Position numbers and translations under genes: made by a program | Notes under the pieces: generated by a model | What the model was told of the DNA's origin: nothing | The model's database searches: none | Seen by the model: only the letters and a program-made list of their open reading frames with translations | Part shown: piece by piece, positions 11,740 to 31,845 of the stretch | How positions within the stretch are numbered: the first letter of the stretch is position 1 | Layout of the letters: each line of letters starts with the position of its first letter | NCBI GenBank assembly: GCA_000320545.1 | Contig: ADNK01002407.1 | Span: forward strand, 11,950-75,949 | DNA length: 64,000 nt | Direction: 5' to 3' | DNA from: Bigelowiella natans CCMP2755 | Lineage: Eukaryota > Protista > Cercozoa

Positions 11740-13981
11740 TTATATTACTCGTAATTGTTTAGCACACACGCACACGCACACGCGCACAACACACCGCAAT
11801 AATCAAAGCGTAGATCACGCAGCAGTGATGTTCTAAAAGCCGAAGCACACACGAGAAAACTCAACACCTATTCCCAGGGTGTCAACGGCATTTACAAGGC
11901 CGTGGGGGTGCGAAATGGGGCGATTAAATTCAAGAAAAAAGAGCCGAGCACGTATAAAATGACCTCCACGAAAAACCGAGAATACCACTAGTGTCAATCA
12001 CAAACGAATTCAAAATGCAGTGCAAATGAAATATATGCTTGTACATAATATGTACCGCGATTTCCCATGATCGCTCGCGCATATTGCATTCTTACTGCAG
12101 CACACATTTCACCAGAGTATACGAAATTTGCCTGGCCAAAGTGAAGAGAACAGGTGCTGCTTCTTCTCCTTCCGATTTGTTCTATATGCAAGCTGAGCAA
12201 AACAACATGTAGCTCGGTGTGCTCCGGCTACAATACGCACTCCCACGTTAAAACAAACGATGCTGCTCAATCTGTGTGGCAATGTTCCCACGCAAATTAG
12301 AAAATACGTCGCTTTCATCCTCTTCGAGGACAGTACTAACTAGCTCCTACCATATCAGGGGTGCGGAAGTGGTATATCAGCCGCACAGACAGAAATGAAG
12401 GCATCAACAAGGTAGTAGCGATAGCCATGCTAACTTGAGAAGGAAAGGAAAACATCGTTTTTCGCGACCGAAATCCCAAATCATTGTAGTAGCGCCACTT
12501 GTGCTGACACGTACACACGCACGCAAGCGTCTCGATGACCCAAAAAAGAAAAAGAAGAAAAAAAAGAAAAAAAAAGAAAAAGACTAAACTTTAGGATCAA
12601 GATTACTACAACGTCGAGTTCCAAGCGTCTAGAGGGTTCCTGCCTCCTTCAGCAGGTGCGATGCCGATGAAGTAGCTTCGGACCTATTCACTTATTTCTC
12701 TGCCTCAAGGGCGCAGCTCCTCATGCCAACTCTTGAAATAGTTGCGGTGGGGAAGGAAAAGGGGGGGGCGGGGCGAGGATTAGTTAGTGCTCATTGTCAG
12801 CCGCGATTTGATAAAGAGCAAGCTCCTCAAGGGTTTGTTAGTAGACGTGCGGATTTATTTGAGTTGTGTTCTCTTTCTAAATCCGTTACCTACTAGACGT
12901 CGCTATTGTGTGTTTCTTTCTCGCATCTATTGCTGCGGCAGCGTCCGCGCGCACGCCGCAGATTGCTGCGTTCTTTCCAAGTGAAAGCGTTGGGCGCGTG
13001 CTAAACCACGCTCCGCTAACGCCGAGCAATTGTTCGTTTGCTCACTGCCAGGATGGAAGATGGTCCTAGGGGACAAGCCATTGCCTCGGGTCAATTGTGT
13101 ACTGACGAAGCCAACGAAGGTTTTATTCGCCCCCCCCCCCCCGTTCTCCCCCCCCCTTCTCCAATTCCTCCTCTCCATGTTTTCTATCGGAAGTAGTTGA
13201 TCGTATCATCGATCTTTGCCAAGGTATCTTGCCTTGAATCTTTCATACCCCCGTCTCTTCCCCCATCGTCGTTTTGTAAATCAGCTCCAAACGGTTTTAT
13301 TTGCCAAGCATTTCGATGAGAAGTACATGATTGACATGTTTAAAAGACGCCCGGAGATTATGATCAACAGGTTATTGTCATTATCGTTTATGGACTTCTA
13401 TATTGCGAAAAAGGGGGGTGGGGGAGGGCAGCGGTGAGGAAGACGGAGTTTAAAGCAGTGTTCATCGTATACATATATAGAGCGATAAAAATATCCATTT
13501 TAAAGAGCATTGAGAAGTAAATCACAAACGATGTCTTTACCATGTATTATAGATTTCCTGGCATGAAGGATTTCTGCACGAAGGTAGTAGTGAGCGTAGC
13601 AGTGTAGGGAGAGCATTTCGAACACGTTTAATCGGAAATGTATCCGAAGCCAGTGGCAAGAGGGGGGGGAGGGGCAGGAACGACACGCGTGTGTTTTTGC
13701 GTCATGGGGGGCATAGCTCTGACATCAGCACAAAGCTATTCGATGCGAAGAGAAAACGTCGAGCCTTTTTGATCCAAAGCTTGCCCGCGTTGCAAGACAG
13801 CATCAAGCCTCGACGATTACAATATCAGCTGATCTTAAGATTTCATGCTTTTGCCAAATTGGTTGTCGCACCCGAGTTGTTTTCATGAGGAGAGACTGAA
13901 TGATGTCAGGCCAACCTCACAACTTGCATTGAGCACGTGCGGAAGAAGCACCCAAAAGAGGTCTTGAAATGGAATATATAC

Positions 13982-14021
<40 letters not shown>

Positions 14022-14949
14022 CATGCATTATGTAGCATACATGTAAGAATCTTGAAAGCTGTGCTATGATGAACGCGAGATGTAGACTACATTCATTCCG
14101 TGGCGAGGACGTCTTGCACTCTAATCTACATACACTATGTTTACTCTATGTTTACTCTAAGGGCTAGCAGCTGCAGCAGTCTTTTGCGAGCTTCTGCTTT
14201 TGCCCTTCTTCTGCTTTTCTCTCATTTGAATGTTGTTGTGCATTCCCAAGGCCGTTTTTTATCCTCGCTCTTGGGTACTGGATAGCACCGAAAACATTGC
14301 GAAATTTCGAAGCGCATTTGACACGAAGAAGTGCTATATCCTAAAGCCTGATGGCGGGTTGCAAGGTGTGTGTTTTGTTCATATCCTTTTCCCCTTCTCA
14401 CCACTTATTGAGTAACATTCTGCCTTTGTCCTTCGCCCCCCCCCCCCCCCCTCTCCCCAATGGTACTTATTGGAAAGAACGAACTTGTTGTGTTTTAGCT
14501 TTTCTCTTTATTTTTTATTTTAAAAAAATGAATTAAGCTTTTTTTATCCTTTTTATTTTTTTGGGGAAATTGAAAACACAACGGTGAGGAGGCGATACGA
14601 CGATAGTTATAAGGTTCTAGTACGCAGTGTTCAGAACGACTCCTCTTTATAATCGCTATCTGCCTTAACCATCCATTCGTTTCTTGTGTTGTTTGGATGT
14701 CAGGCATAGGAATCTCCCTTTGCATGACGTGGAAACAGGTTTTGAAAGCGCTGCTTTGAGCATCTTCTTTGCCAGCTGTTTAACCATCAATCACATTAGG
14801 TCGAAGAGGCTCTCCAGCGCAATCGCGACTTGGAGGAGCAATGGGAGAGGGAAAGGAATGACCCCGATCTTGCTGAAAAAAGAGTGCAAAATGTTAGAAT
14901 TGCACGGGAGAACAATGAGTTAGCCGAGAATAGTAGACATCTTGGTATG

Positions 14950-14988
<39 letters not shown>

Positions 14989-15290
14989 TATATGTATGAA
15001 TGGGTACCAGTGGAAATTTTCCTGCTTTTCGCGCCTTCCGAAGACGTTGCTGCGCGTTTTGCTATTTCATGGATTGGGAGAAGTTCATCAAACATGACAC
15101 GATATAGAAAGAGGCCGTCCTTTTCTCTTTTTATTTTTCGGAGAGCTGAAAGCTGGTTTGTGCTGCTGTCTTGCCAGGACATCTAATAGCCCAGGAGTAT
15201 ATTAGCAAACCTGCTTTGATCGATTCCACCAAGTTTGATATGCGGATATATGTGATGGTCAAGTCTCTGAAACCGCTCAAGGTCTCTCTA

Positions 15291-15324
<34 letters not shown>

Positions 15325-15402
15325 CCTCTCTCTCTTTCTTTCTCTCTCACTCTCTTACACACGCACACACACACACACACACAGACAGACACACACAGAG
15401 AG

Positions 15403-15452
<50 letters not shown>

Positions 15453-15475
15453 TTCAACAATGTGTATGTTTACTG

Positions 15476-15514
<39 letters not shown>

Positions 15515-16364
15515 CTGACTTTCGTACGTATTTGTGTTGCTTTCATCTAGGCCGTTGTGATGAAAGAAGGGCTAGCTCGGTTCTGCACTACACCCTATCA
15601 GCCGCCAACATCGGTAAGCTATAGTTTCCTCTCTAGAGGACGCGACAGAACATAGCGAAATTCTCATGAAATCTCTGGATTTAATTCGGTCATATACCCA
15701 TCAAACGTCCAACGGCCGTTAGAAGTTGACATCAATGTTTGAGATGCTTAAGTTTATTTTGTATCACTTATATTGCATGCGTGACCTGTAGCCCGGTGCA
15801 GAAGCAATGCTATCGGTGCATACGCCTAACATACAATGATAAATGCATTAAATGTTTGTACATCGGCATTATTCCTACTACAGGACAACATCACCAACGC
15901 GTACATGCATTTGACCAACTACCACCTGAACGTCACAAACGAGCACTTTCAAAACCCGGATTCAAAGGATGGAAAGGTACAGTAGACAGGCTATGGCAGC
16001 ATAAAATAGCTCGTAGAGCGTTAATTCAATGATAGTTATATCGTCGGGGGGGGGGGAATCCCCGGTTTTGGTTTTGCGGATTGTCAATATTTCGCCATTG
16101 AAAAAGAGACCATATCTCCAAGCGTCCTCCTTTCTTGCAACCTGCCTTAGATTGTAACACTCCGGATTATGCTTACATCTTCCATCTCCTCTAATTACAT
16201 GTCGCAGGCAGTGTTAGACAGCGGCAAATCAACAGCCTCGAAGCGAAGCCTTCAGGTTTGACGCCCACGGCATTCACGCGCACCATCGTCATTGCTGCCA
16301 CGCTCAATAGCCATCGTCTGCATAGCTAAAACAATTATATATGAATATGTCCAACTTAAACATG

Positions 16365-16438
<74 letters not shown>

Positions 16439-16468
16439 ACACATATTTTACATCCTGTATGTACTCGC

Positions 16469-16508
<40 letters not shown>

Positions 16509-16522
16509 ACACACACACACAC

Positions 16523-16560
<38 letters not shown>

Positions 16561-17230
16561 TGTGTTTGCACACGCAAGATGGCGTTGTCGCAGCTCAATG
16601 TAGATCGAGACCGGTTTTGGCGTCAAATCCAACGTACGTTAAATTAAACGTACGCTGATAAAGGCTGAGAGCAAGTTGATGATGACTCCTCTGACCGCTT
16701 CATAGAGACCTGATTTGAGCACATCTCCCGCATACGACGCCATCATTAGCTGATTGCACGCAAAGCTCATTGTACACTAATCGCGGACTGTAAATCGCTT
16801 CAGGTATGGTATCCATCTCGCTGATAGCAATGCTCCCACAGCTCAGAGCCAAATTTCGAAAATCGTTTCCTGACGGGGAAGGGGCGCAAAGTGACCCTAA
16901 AGCCTCTGCCACTACCAGCCCAACCAATGGAGATGCTGGCGCGAGGAAATCAAGCGAGAACGCTAATGCAAGGGCAAGTAACGGCGGCGGTGACGAGAAA
17001 TCGAGAGGCAGCTCTATGCAGATCGATGGAAAAGGCGATGAAGATGCCGTGTACGTACATGACAAGTGGCAAAGATGCTTCCAGGTGTAGTGGTGGTGGC
17101 GGTGGTGAGGTGTGGTGACGGGGCGAGGGTTTGCACGTCTTTGAAGCAACGACGTGTAGCGCGTGCAGTTCTTTCTCGCAGTATTCTTCTTCTTCGTAGC
17201 CTTCGCCAGCGAGAAATTACAGAATAGTTT

Positions 17231-17291
<61 letters not shown>

Positions 17292-17921
17292 TATACAAAG
17301 TGAATGGATACATGTATTTGATGTTCTTTTGTGCTCAGATAATGGGGTTTGATGTGATGTTGGACGCCGATCGGAACGCTTATCTTCTCGAGATCAATGA
17401 CCACCCAAGTCTCAAGGCCCCGTCGCCTTTGGATAAGGTAGTTTCGCGGAGGGGAAGGGGGGGGGGGGGGGGGGGTAAGGGTTGGATTGCAGTCTTGCCG
17501 AAAATCAGCATCGTTTCAGATGTCCTCAGGGGTCTTACGAAGTGTTATTTTTCACAACTTTTTTCTTTCTTCCTCCGTTGGAACAGCCTATAATCCCAAC
17601 CATGGCCAAATTTACCAGCGCCATATCTTAACGCACGTTGTTCGAATGCGGTAGGTAATCAAAGCAGCTGTTTTGCGCACAACACTAGCTCTCGTAGACC
17701 CCGACTGCACGCCAATAAAGTCACGGAAAAATCTCGATTTCCCGGGGCCCCCGGCAAGGAATAGCAAGGTGGGTTCAGCTGCCGCGGATGATCAAAAGCA
17801 GGAGGATGGAGGCACGGCAATGGCGACGCAAACGAAGCTTGGGCGCCTCGAAATGGAGTTTCTTGAAGTTGATGCAGAAGCCGAGTATAAGAGTCAAATG
17901 CCAGAGATGTTTGATTGCTAG
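10558..17921 (+). CDS. Tubulin-tyrosine-ligase-like tubulin polyglutamylase (TTLL6/7/11/13 class), multi-exon; start uncertain
   Basis: Exonic motifs INR|FPGMKDFCTK, YILKPDGGLQG, IAQEYISKPALIDSTKFDMRIYV, EGLARFCTTPY, YMHLTNYHLN, ASKRSL, CFQ|IMGFDVMLD..LLEINDHPSL; stop at 17921. Confidence 0.9.
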
Positions 17922-18903
17922 TACGCGCATATACAGGCCTCAATTTGCTGATGAAAATGCGTCATTCGATCATTGCTAATTGCCACGCAGCCGAGATGTG
18001 TGCGTCAGGGGGCCATGCAGCAGTTGCCATGCGAACGTGTTATGAGCGTGCGACAATACATATCATATATACTGTGTCTATAGTTGCGTGTGCAGTATAG
18101 AGCAGAAGACAAGGACTGATACAAAGAAAATGAAAGTAACTTTCCGTGTGTTTGCTAGCTCACATGCATGCAGCTAAACATGTGGCATATGTGAGCATGC
18201 ATATGTGCTGCCATCTTGCTTGCTGAGGCCGCAAAATGACGTAGCAATGTGAAGTAAAGAAGGCGCTGTCAATAACTGCTGTAGATCGGCCAGAAGCAAA
18301 TTAATGCGTGTTTAACTCACATTGAGCCCTTCATCTTTGCAGTTCTACTTTTTTTTTTTCACGTTTGTCAGTCTGATCATTTGTCATTTACACATACGCG
18401 CTGCTAGCGCGGCTACATGCTAGCATGTGGCATTGCGCAACATTGCACATGACATCATGCTAGCATGTCTCCCAATGCAATGCGACGTCGCTGTTTCAGC
18501 GCGCATTCCTTTTTGATGAGCCCATGATCTTCCAACATATGCAGCTGCATCGCACGTAGCTTCTGCGAAAGCAGGGAACCTTTATACGTGCGATGCACAG
18601 CGCTCTCATCGCTTCAGCATTGTCCATGCATGCATGCGCATACGATCGAATCATGCAAAGCTGACACGCTCATTGAGTTCATTGCGAGAAACAACAGCAA
18701 ACACTTTGCATTGCCAGATCGATAAAGTACCAAAATCTAACACCTACATAGACGTGTATACCCGGCTTAAATCCTTCAATTCTTAAGCGCCCATAATGAC
18801 ATGACAGACTTGCTGTTATATCTGCGGATCTTACGCTTGCAATTGGCTGCAGCCTCCCTCGCCAAATGCGCAGAGTCGGCGCTGCTGCAAGTAAACCAGC
18901 GCG

Positions 18904-24982
<6,079 letters not shown>

Positions 24983-25253
24983 CTGCACACTCGAAGGGTA
25001 AGGGAAGGGCAATTGTTTCAGGCGTTACGAGCTTGTCTCGGGCAATAATTAAGACACATCTTCACAAACGACGCATAATTCTATTTTCTATGAAAACCGC
25101 ATTCTATTTATACTAAAATGGAAGGAATCATGCACTCTCGTACTCGTAACGTCGAAAGCTTTTAATATTGTCTCTGCGACATGGAAGTGTATGTGTCGTT
25201 GTTGGTGGACGGGCGTTGAGAGCTGACGAATCGAGCGAGTCGGAAAGCCATTT

Positions 25254-25770
25254 GTGTCTCATCTTCGGTGGAAAGCAGCCTTCAGATTGCAGCATTCCGA
25301 AGGTTTCGACCCTTCACACACGCAAATCTTTGTGTCATTGAAGACTCTAGCTGGTGAGATGATTGCTTTGGACGTCGATTCTGCGTACACCACAAATGCT
25401 GTGTGTGTGAAGCAGAAATGGAGGACAAGGAAAGCCCACTGCAGACGCGCGGGAGAAGCACAGCCGCGAGTGAACACGTTGTGCACGACTCAATGAATTC
25501 AATGCATTTGACAAACACAATTCAACTGTCCAAAAGGAAGCAAACGTGTCCCCCCCGCTTTGGGCACTTGGCGGACCCCACGCGCAACAAGCAGAGCGCA
25601 TCGCCAAATCGTGCCAGCACAGCGTCCTTGCCGACAGCCACATCCGGAGCACTTGGAACCCATCAAGATCTAGAGAAGCCGTGGTGCACTTCGGAGAGGA
25701 CACATGAAAATCCTTGTGAAGACTCTGACTGTCAAGATCTGGAGGTGTCACGTTGGACGTCGATTCCTGA
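25254..25770 (+). pseudogene. Degenerate ubiquitin/polyubiquitin-like relic
   Basis: LIFGGKQ..SDCSIPKVSTLH (cf. ubiquitin LIFAGKQ..SDYNIQKESTLH), QIFV..KTLAGEMIALDVD and LRRGH-MKILVKTLT; frameshifted and inside a TA-depleted tract. Confidence 0.65.
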
Positions 25771-26814
25771 ACTCGGCTTCCAATTAAGATTGTTTTCACA
25801 AAACACACGGGATGTGCCTGTGATTTTCATCGTGCCATTTCAGCAATTCAGTTCAGCAGCGTGTGTGCAATGTGAAAATAATTGCATCACGAAAACATTC
25901 CCATGAAGGTGCAATCACTTGCAGAGATGACAGCGTGACACGATCAGCACGGGCGCACGGCACGCAGCGTTTTGCTCGCTCTTTGCACTGCTTTGTGGCG
26001 TTTGGACACGATCATCGGTGCACGTGTTGTAGTTGTCGCAGTCAACGTGCAAGAACGCGCACGTTGCAGTTTCCTGTGTGTCCAACAGGGTTCGAAGTGA
26101 TGTGGTTTTGACGTGTGACAAAGTGCACACACGTTTGTTCGTTCAAACGCTCTTGCATTGCAACGACTCGCTGTTGGACTCAGTTCCAATGCCCACCCCC
26201 ACAAAAGAAACCGAGAAAAAAAGTTTGTGCAGATGACACTTGCTACCATGTGGGCACGGAGACAGTGTGCAAGAAACACGACAGAAAACCAAAACCATGT
26301 GTGCAAATTGTGCTTGCGAAATCATTAATCAAAGCAAGCTAGTAAGCAAAAAAGAATTCAGTGTTGTTGATGTGTGCGACATGGATGAAACAAGAAATCC
26401 TGCAGAACACCTCTTGCAATGTCCTTTAGTTCTCGCTAGCTTGCACCAGTACACGACATTTTCTCAACTTGGTGACATTGATGATGCTCGCCGCGCGGTG
26501 CGCCATGCGCCCAGCAACACTACTAGTCAACACACTGCTGCATCGGATGCCACCCATGCACACACAAGAACCACAGGCTGGTCGTCGATAGGCCAGCATA
26601 GTGGCATGGAAGACAATAAACACAACATACATTATTAGGATAGGCACACATTCATCGCCTCTACGATAACCATGGATTGAAGCCTGTACGTTTTATTTGT
26701 CTATCGTGTAGCGATTGAAGGCTTCATACACTAGCGTGCTTATGAGTGTAATAGTTATATAGCTATCGTCTACGTGAAATGCACATCTTTCTCCTTTTTG
26801 TGCAAACTGTTGCT

Positions 26815-27904
26815 TCAGTTATTTTTCTCTTCCTCAACCTGCCTCTTCAGGTGACGGAAAATATTCGTCTTTATCCATTTCTTGTCCCTTGGAATGTACG
26901 TGTGTGTCTCGTTGTCCAGAACCATACAAACGATATCTGGGCAATCGTCTATGAAGTTGAAGAGATCGCTAATGTCGTAGCTGAAAAATGTAATGGAGTG
27001 AGGAAGAAGCAGAAGAGGAAAGTGGTTCTTATACTAAATTACTGCTCAATTTCATACGATTTAAGAGAATGAAAGGAAATATGCAGCAAAAGGATCGTTC
27101 GGAATTCAACATTTTCCATAATTGATGCGGTAAAGACGTATGCGTCTTGGGGAAAGAGTCCATTAGTGTACAAAATTCTCAAGCCTCGTGCACACACGCA
27201 CCAATTCGCATTAAACGAAAAGAGAAATTGCGAAAAGTCAGGATATATCAACGCTCGTCTTTTCCCACTTAAGTGTAGACTATCTAGACTGCAGACACAC
27301 TGGCAAATAGTAAATGATAGCGCTTGCTTACGTGAGGTTTTTCACGCCAGGATGATCGGCCTTCAGCTTCTCTTCGAAGTTGTGGCAAATGCCTGGAAAA
27401 ATGTATGGATAAGAGATTTTTATTACATATATATAGGCGAGTTTATGCCACGTTTAAATGCAAAGTAACCGAATTTTTTACATAAAGCACAAATCATGAG
27501 ATGATCGCACGGCAAGCGCAGCAACAAATAGGGATAGAGGCAAATCTAACATTTGGTTATTATAAACACAATCCCTAATCTGTCATTAGAAGGTCGAGTT
27601 CCTACCGTCAAAAGCTTCCTTGGTATTTGCATATTGTTTCCAAGAATTCACCATCTGCTTCCCCTTTCGGTTGGTCATCAAAACGCTGCAAGATAGTTAA
27701 AAGTGAGTAAATGTTACAGGAGAAGGTGCGATTTGCTTGTTGAGTTCCCCAACGATATTTTCGGATGAAAAAGGGAAAGCTAGCAAAAAAAGGCGGGGGG
27801 AACAGTAGAGCGGTAACAAGAACAGAATGGATATCTCTTGCTAGCCTTCTTCCCCGCGCTCTACGTCCTTGCTATGGTGAGGAGGAATACATCGTGTGCG
27901 CCAT
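26815..27904 (-). CDS. ERH: Enhancer of rudimentary homolog, multi-exon
   Basis: MAHTI|VLM...QYANTKEAFD|GICHNFEEKLK..HPGVKNL|..YDISDLFNFIDDCPDIVCMVLD..TYIPRDKKWIKTNIFRHLKRQ matches the ER family; GT-AG introns. Confidence 0.88.
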
Positions 27905-28237
27905 CTTTCTTGGAATTTTAAGGTGGGAATATCCGTCAAATTCCAATTTTTATATTAATCACCTATGTTTCATAGATGCGACATGATTTCTTTCGCCCTC
28001 TCATCTTCCAACAAGCTAGACCAAACTTTTTATTATCCGAGAGATATCCTGCGAATGGATAAATCGAAGGAAAGTATCACGCAAAAGAAGTAGAAATATT
28101 TCTTCATTAGATGTAAAACGTTAACTTTATTTTATTGTATAAACTACTGATTAAATAAATTATATTCAAATGATATAACGGCAACAGCTTCTACAACACT
28201 TCACAAAATCTATGTCACGTCGTCAGCCACCGAGAGG

Positions 28238-29364
28238 ATGAAGCTTGCGCTGCTTGTGGTGTTGTTCCTCTCCCATCTTAGCTCCGCGAGGAACGACAGA
28301 CAGCATTTTCAGAAGGTGCTTTTGCGCCTAATAGAAGTTTTTTTTTAAATGCGAAGAATAGAAGATAAAAGGTTCAAATTCTACGACATAATTGCTCAGA
28401 ATCCCCCTTGCAACGGGCGCTTTCGATGCTCTGCAAGGCAAGGCTCGGTCCACCGATCGAACCTACACCATTTTAGCTCGATACCGAAGCGGAGAAAACG
28501 TAGAGATGTTGGAGTAATGGCTGGCGGCCCTCCTCCTCCTGACCCAAGTGAGAAACAAAAGAACGAAGGTGACCGCCGGGTGGCGATCATTTTAAGGGGA
28601 AAGAAGGTAATTAACCCCCCCCTTCCCCGCATGAATGAAAACAATACGGCATTCGACGGTGTCAACAACGCGATTTGGAAAGAGGGCAGAGAACGAGTGT
28701 AACTGTGGATTGCGACCACGCGGTATTCGCAGCTTTGCGTTAATCTTACCGCACGTGGGTGGGTCGTAGGTGCTTGAATACTCAATCCCCGGGTTCATAC
28801 CAGAATGGATGTTACCGGTATTGTTTACTAGGTTAGCAACACATCGCTGGTTCGGAATGTGATCAATATATATATATATATCAATGAATATATCCGAAAA
28901 TAAGCCACAACGTGAGAAATGAACCATAACTCCTGAAACTACACACACGGCTGAACATCTACTCGACCGAAACTTTTCTTCTACGCACGCATGCAATCTA
29001 TGGTTGACAATATATATAATACTAAACCTGCGCTCTCCGAGCACAATTTCATCGGACCTTACCGCCATTGCCTATTCTTTGCAATATTAAGGAAATAACG
29101 CCTCCCAGCGTCTTCGATGATCCCATGGGAACTTTCGAGCCGACCTTTGGAAGCGTTCAGAGACCCCGTACCTTGGGTAAAAAGAGAACGGAGGAGACGA
29201 GGGGGGGGGCAGCTCAACAAGAACACGCTTCTGCTGTACGACAAAATGATACGGATGGGGAACGGGGCAGGCGTGTTTATGATTGGTCTTCGGGGAAAGG
29301 TTTGTCTTGCAACTGTGAGCGCGAGGGAAAGTAGTACATATGGCGTATAATATATGTAAATATA

Positions 29365-29414
<50 letters not shown>

Positions 29415-29665
29415 TGCGAGCAACATGCGCGTGCACGGTCGTATCACCCTTCAAATTGGTTTTCTCCTTCAGACCGACGAATCTCTCGTTCCGCGCCTTC
29501 TTCGACTCCTCCAGGTTCTTCCAGTGGCGAGCATTCGAAGAGAACATATGGCGGAGTAGATTATAGCAATAACGACTTAACAAGACAGCGAAGCGAAGGT
29601 TCGTGGTGGCTCAGACGGGCATTATGGTTAATAGGGTATGGAAAAGGGTCAAATGCGGCAGAAGG

Positions 29666-29705
<40 letters not shown>

Positions 29706-30150
29706 TACATCTAAACTTTCAAAGTTTACAATTTTCTCCTTTGCAGGAAGCGAAACTAGCCAAAGGGGTGGGGGTCTCGGCATCGGAGGCACGACTGTCC
29801 TCATTCTGTACGTCATGCAATGGCAGCTACGCAGTGTAGATATGATAATTGAGCTGCACGGTGTTGGGTCTATAAAGCTAAGGCTCGTCATCAATAATCA
29901 GGTACATCATTGCGTTCTTTGCAATAGGACTGCTCGGGCTACTGGAAGATCTGGGGAAATTGGAATATTTCGATGGGGACACCGCTACCACGTTTGCGAA
30001 GGACAACCTGTTAAGAAAGGATTGGTAATGTTATGTGCGAAGCGCGATCTTTGTAGCGCCCCGGATGGATTATTAGCTTTCGCCGCACGAGGGCCCCTAG
30101 CCCGTGTAGAGAAGTACTATTTTGTTGGCATGTGTACCATGTACATATAG
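28238..30150 (+). CDS. Probable multi-exon secreted protein, unknown function (exon structure and end uncertain)
   Basis: ATG 28238 with signal-peptide-like MKLALLVVLFLSHLSSA followed by a GT donor; several exon-like segments lie between microsatellite-bearing introns. Confidence 0.35.
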
Positions 30151-30847
30151 AGGCAAGCACAAACATGGCTAGATGTAGGCGTTAACCCATCAGCCATAAC
30201 CACATACCATACGATGTGCTAAAATCGGATTGGCTAATTCTAGTCATTCGTTTTTGTTTGTCGCGCTATAGCTCCTATAGCTAGCTATAGCTAGATTTAT
30301 TTAGAAAAAAGGATATGTGCGCGTGTAATATCACCAAAAATTGACTTAGGAATGCGCTCATTTTGCACAACACGTAGTGTATTGCCGTGATATACTACTT
30401 GTGCTATAGTGCAGAACTTGCTTCACTCGGGAAGCGCACGATCATGAATTCGTTGCATGCGCCCACCGCGCGATGCGGCCGATTGCATGGCGAAAGCCCA
30501 TGCGCGTTATGGATGATGTGCATTTACATGCAAATTTACAAATTTATATAGTTGTTATAACGTGTGCAAGTGCTTATTGAAATATTAATAATCGTGTGTA
30601 CATCGTCAGTGAATGCAATTCCACGGTGCCTCCAAGCGATCTAGAACCAGCAGTCGGCCGAGACTTTTGACTTGATTCGTATATTTTTAAATATTAATCC
30701 CTGGGCGTGCGCACATATCTTGGTACCGAGTGTAATGCAGTACGCGTGAAACGTGCAAGGAATTAGAGGAGAGGAAATGGCAGATTTGTGATGAATCCAT
30801 TGAATATGACCCAGCAAAGACATCTGGCATCCATACACCGCGTCCAA

Positions 30848-31403
30848 TTAGAAACAAATGCTTGCAATCTTCCCCGTGCACCCAACGGACAAAATCGAGT
30901 TGTGGCTAAATAACGACATGATCGAGTTAGTAGAGAACGCACTCCACATGCAGTTCACTGTCCCCAGGCTGAAGAAGGAATTGACGCTCAGTATACTGAA
31001 GCCGCTGTTAATAGCGAGCACGGCAAATGCAGATAAGATGGCCAACGCACTAAATGCTGAGCTTCTCGAACGGATGGATTTATAATTTTTGAATCCGCGA
31101 TGGTGGCAGCCATTTCTTTCGAATTTACGCTCAAGCACGCAGCAGCGTTCCTCCTCGCTTACGCTCTGCTCCACATCGGGATCTGACAGCGAAGTATGGG
31201 GGGGGGGAGGGGAATGGAAGCCGCTCACATTTAGCAGACTGCGCATCATTAAATAATACAAATCGTACTGACCATTGAGAGACTGCATCTCCGTGGGCAT
31301 GGGCAGCGGGATTGCTTCGTCGGACGCGCGCGGGAGCCACCACCATCAGCACCTTCGTTGCTTCGCGACAACTCTCACCTTGTCGCAGATGAATTTTCCC
31401 CAT
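30848..31403 (-). CDS. Small protein with C-terminal Ser-rich 9-residue repeats (probably two exons)
   Basis: The C-terminus has a strict 9-aa periodicity: SAFSALAIL SAFAVLAIN SGFSILSVN SFFSLGTVN CMWSAFSTN SIMSLFSHN SILSVGC. Stop at 30848; the start exon is inferred. Confidence 0.55.
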
Positions 31404-31845
31404 GACTTTTGCCTACGGAACCTTACGTGCCATGTAGATCTAAAATGCTTTGGAAAGTAGGCGATAAACAAAGTGCGACAATGACGCGTTTTGTAACCGC
31501 ATCGCAGACCATCAGTTGCCAGATTTCGCAGAAACCATCTGTGGGGCAATCATGATGTCGTCTGGCACCTCCCCCTCCAACAACACCTTCAAAGCAATAC
31601 GCAGCAACGACCTTCCCTGTCTGAAGCGTTTGGTTTTGGAAAACGCAAATGTTGAGGAGTGCGGTTGTCACGGTGGGTAGCAAGCTGCAGCGTTGACATT
31701 GTCGTGTGTGAGTCGCTTCGCATGGGTGTTGATGTGAGTTGTGACAGAATGAGTCATGAACAACCCCGAAAGCAGATTTTGCCAAAACTTGGAAGATGAC
31801 ATCAATTGTTGTTGACATGCAAAGATGTGGTCATTTTGCTATAAG

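Noticed and set aside
26220-26330. LLPCGH...CANC, a RING-finger-like fragment
   Set aside because: Too short, and Cys/His are inflated by TA conversion in this tract.
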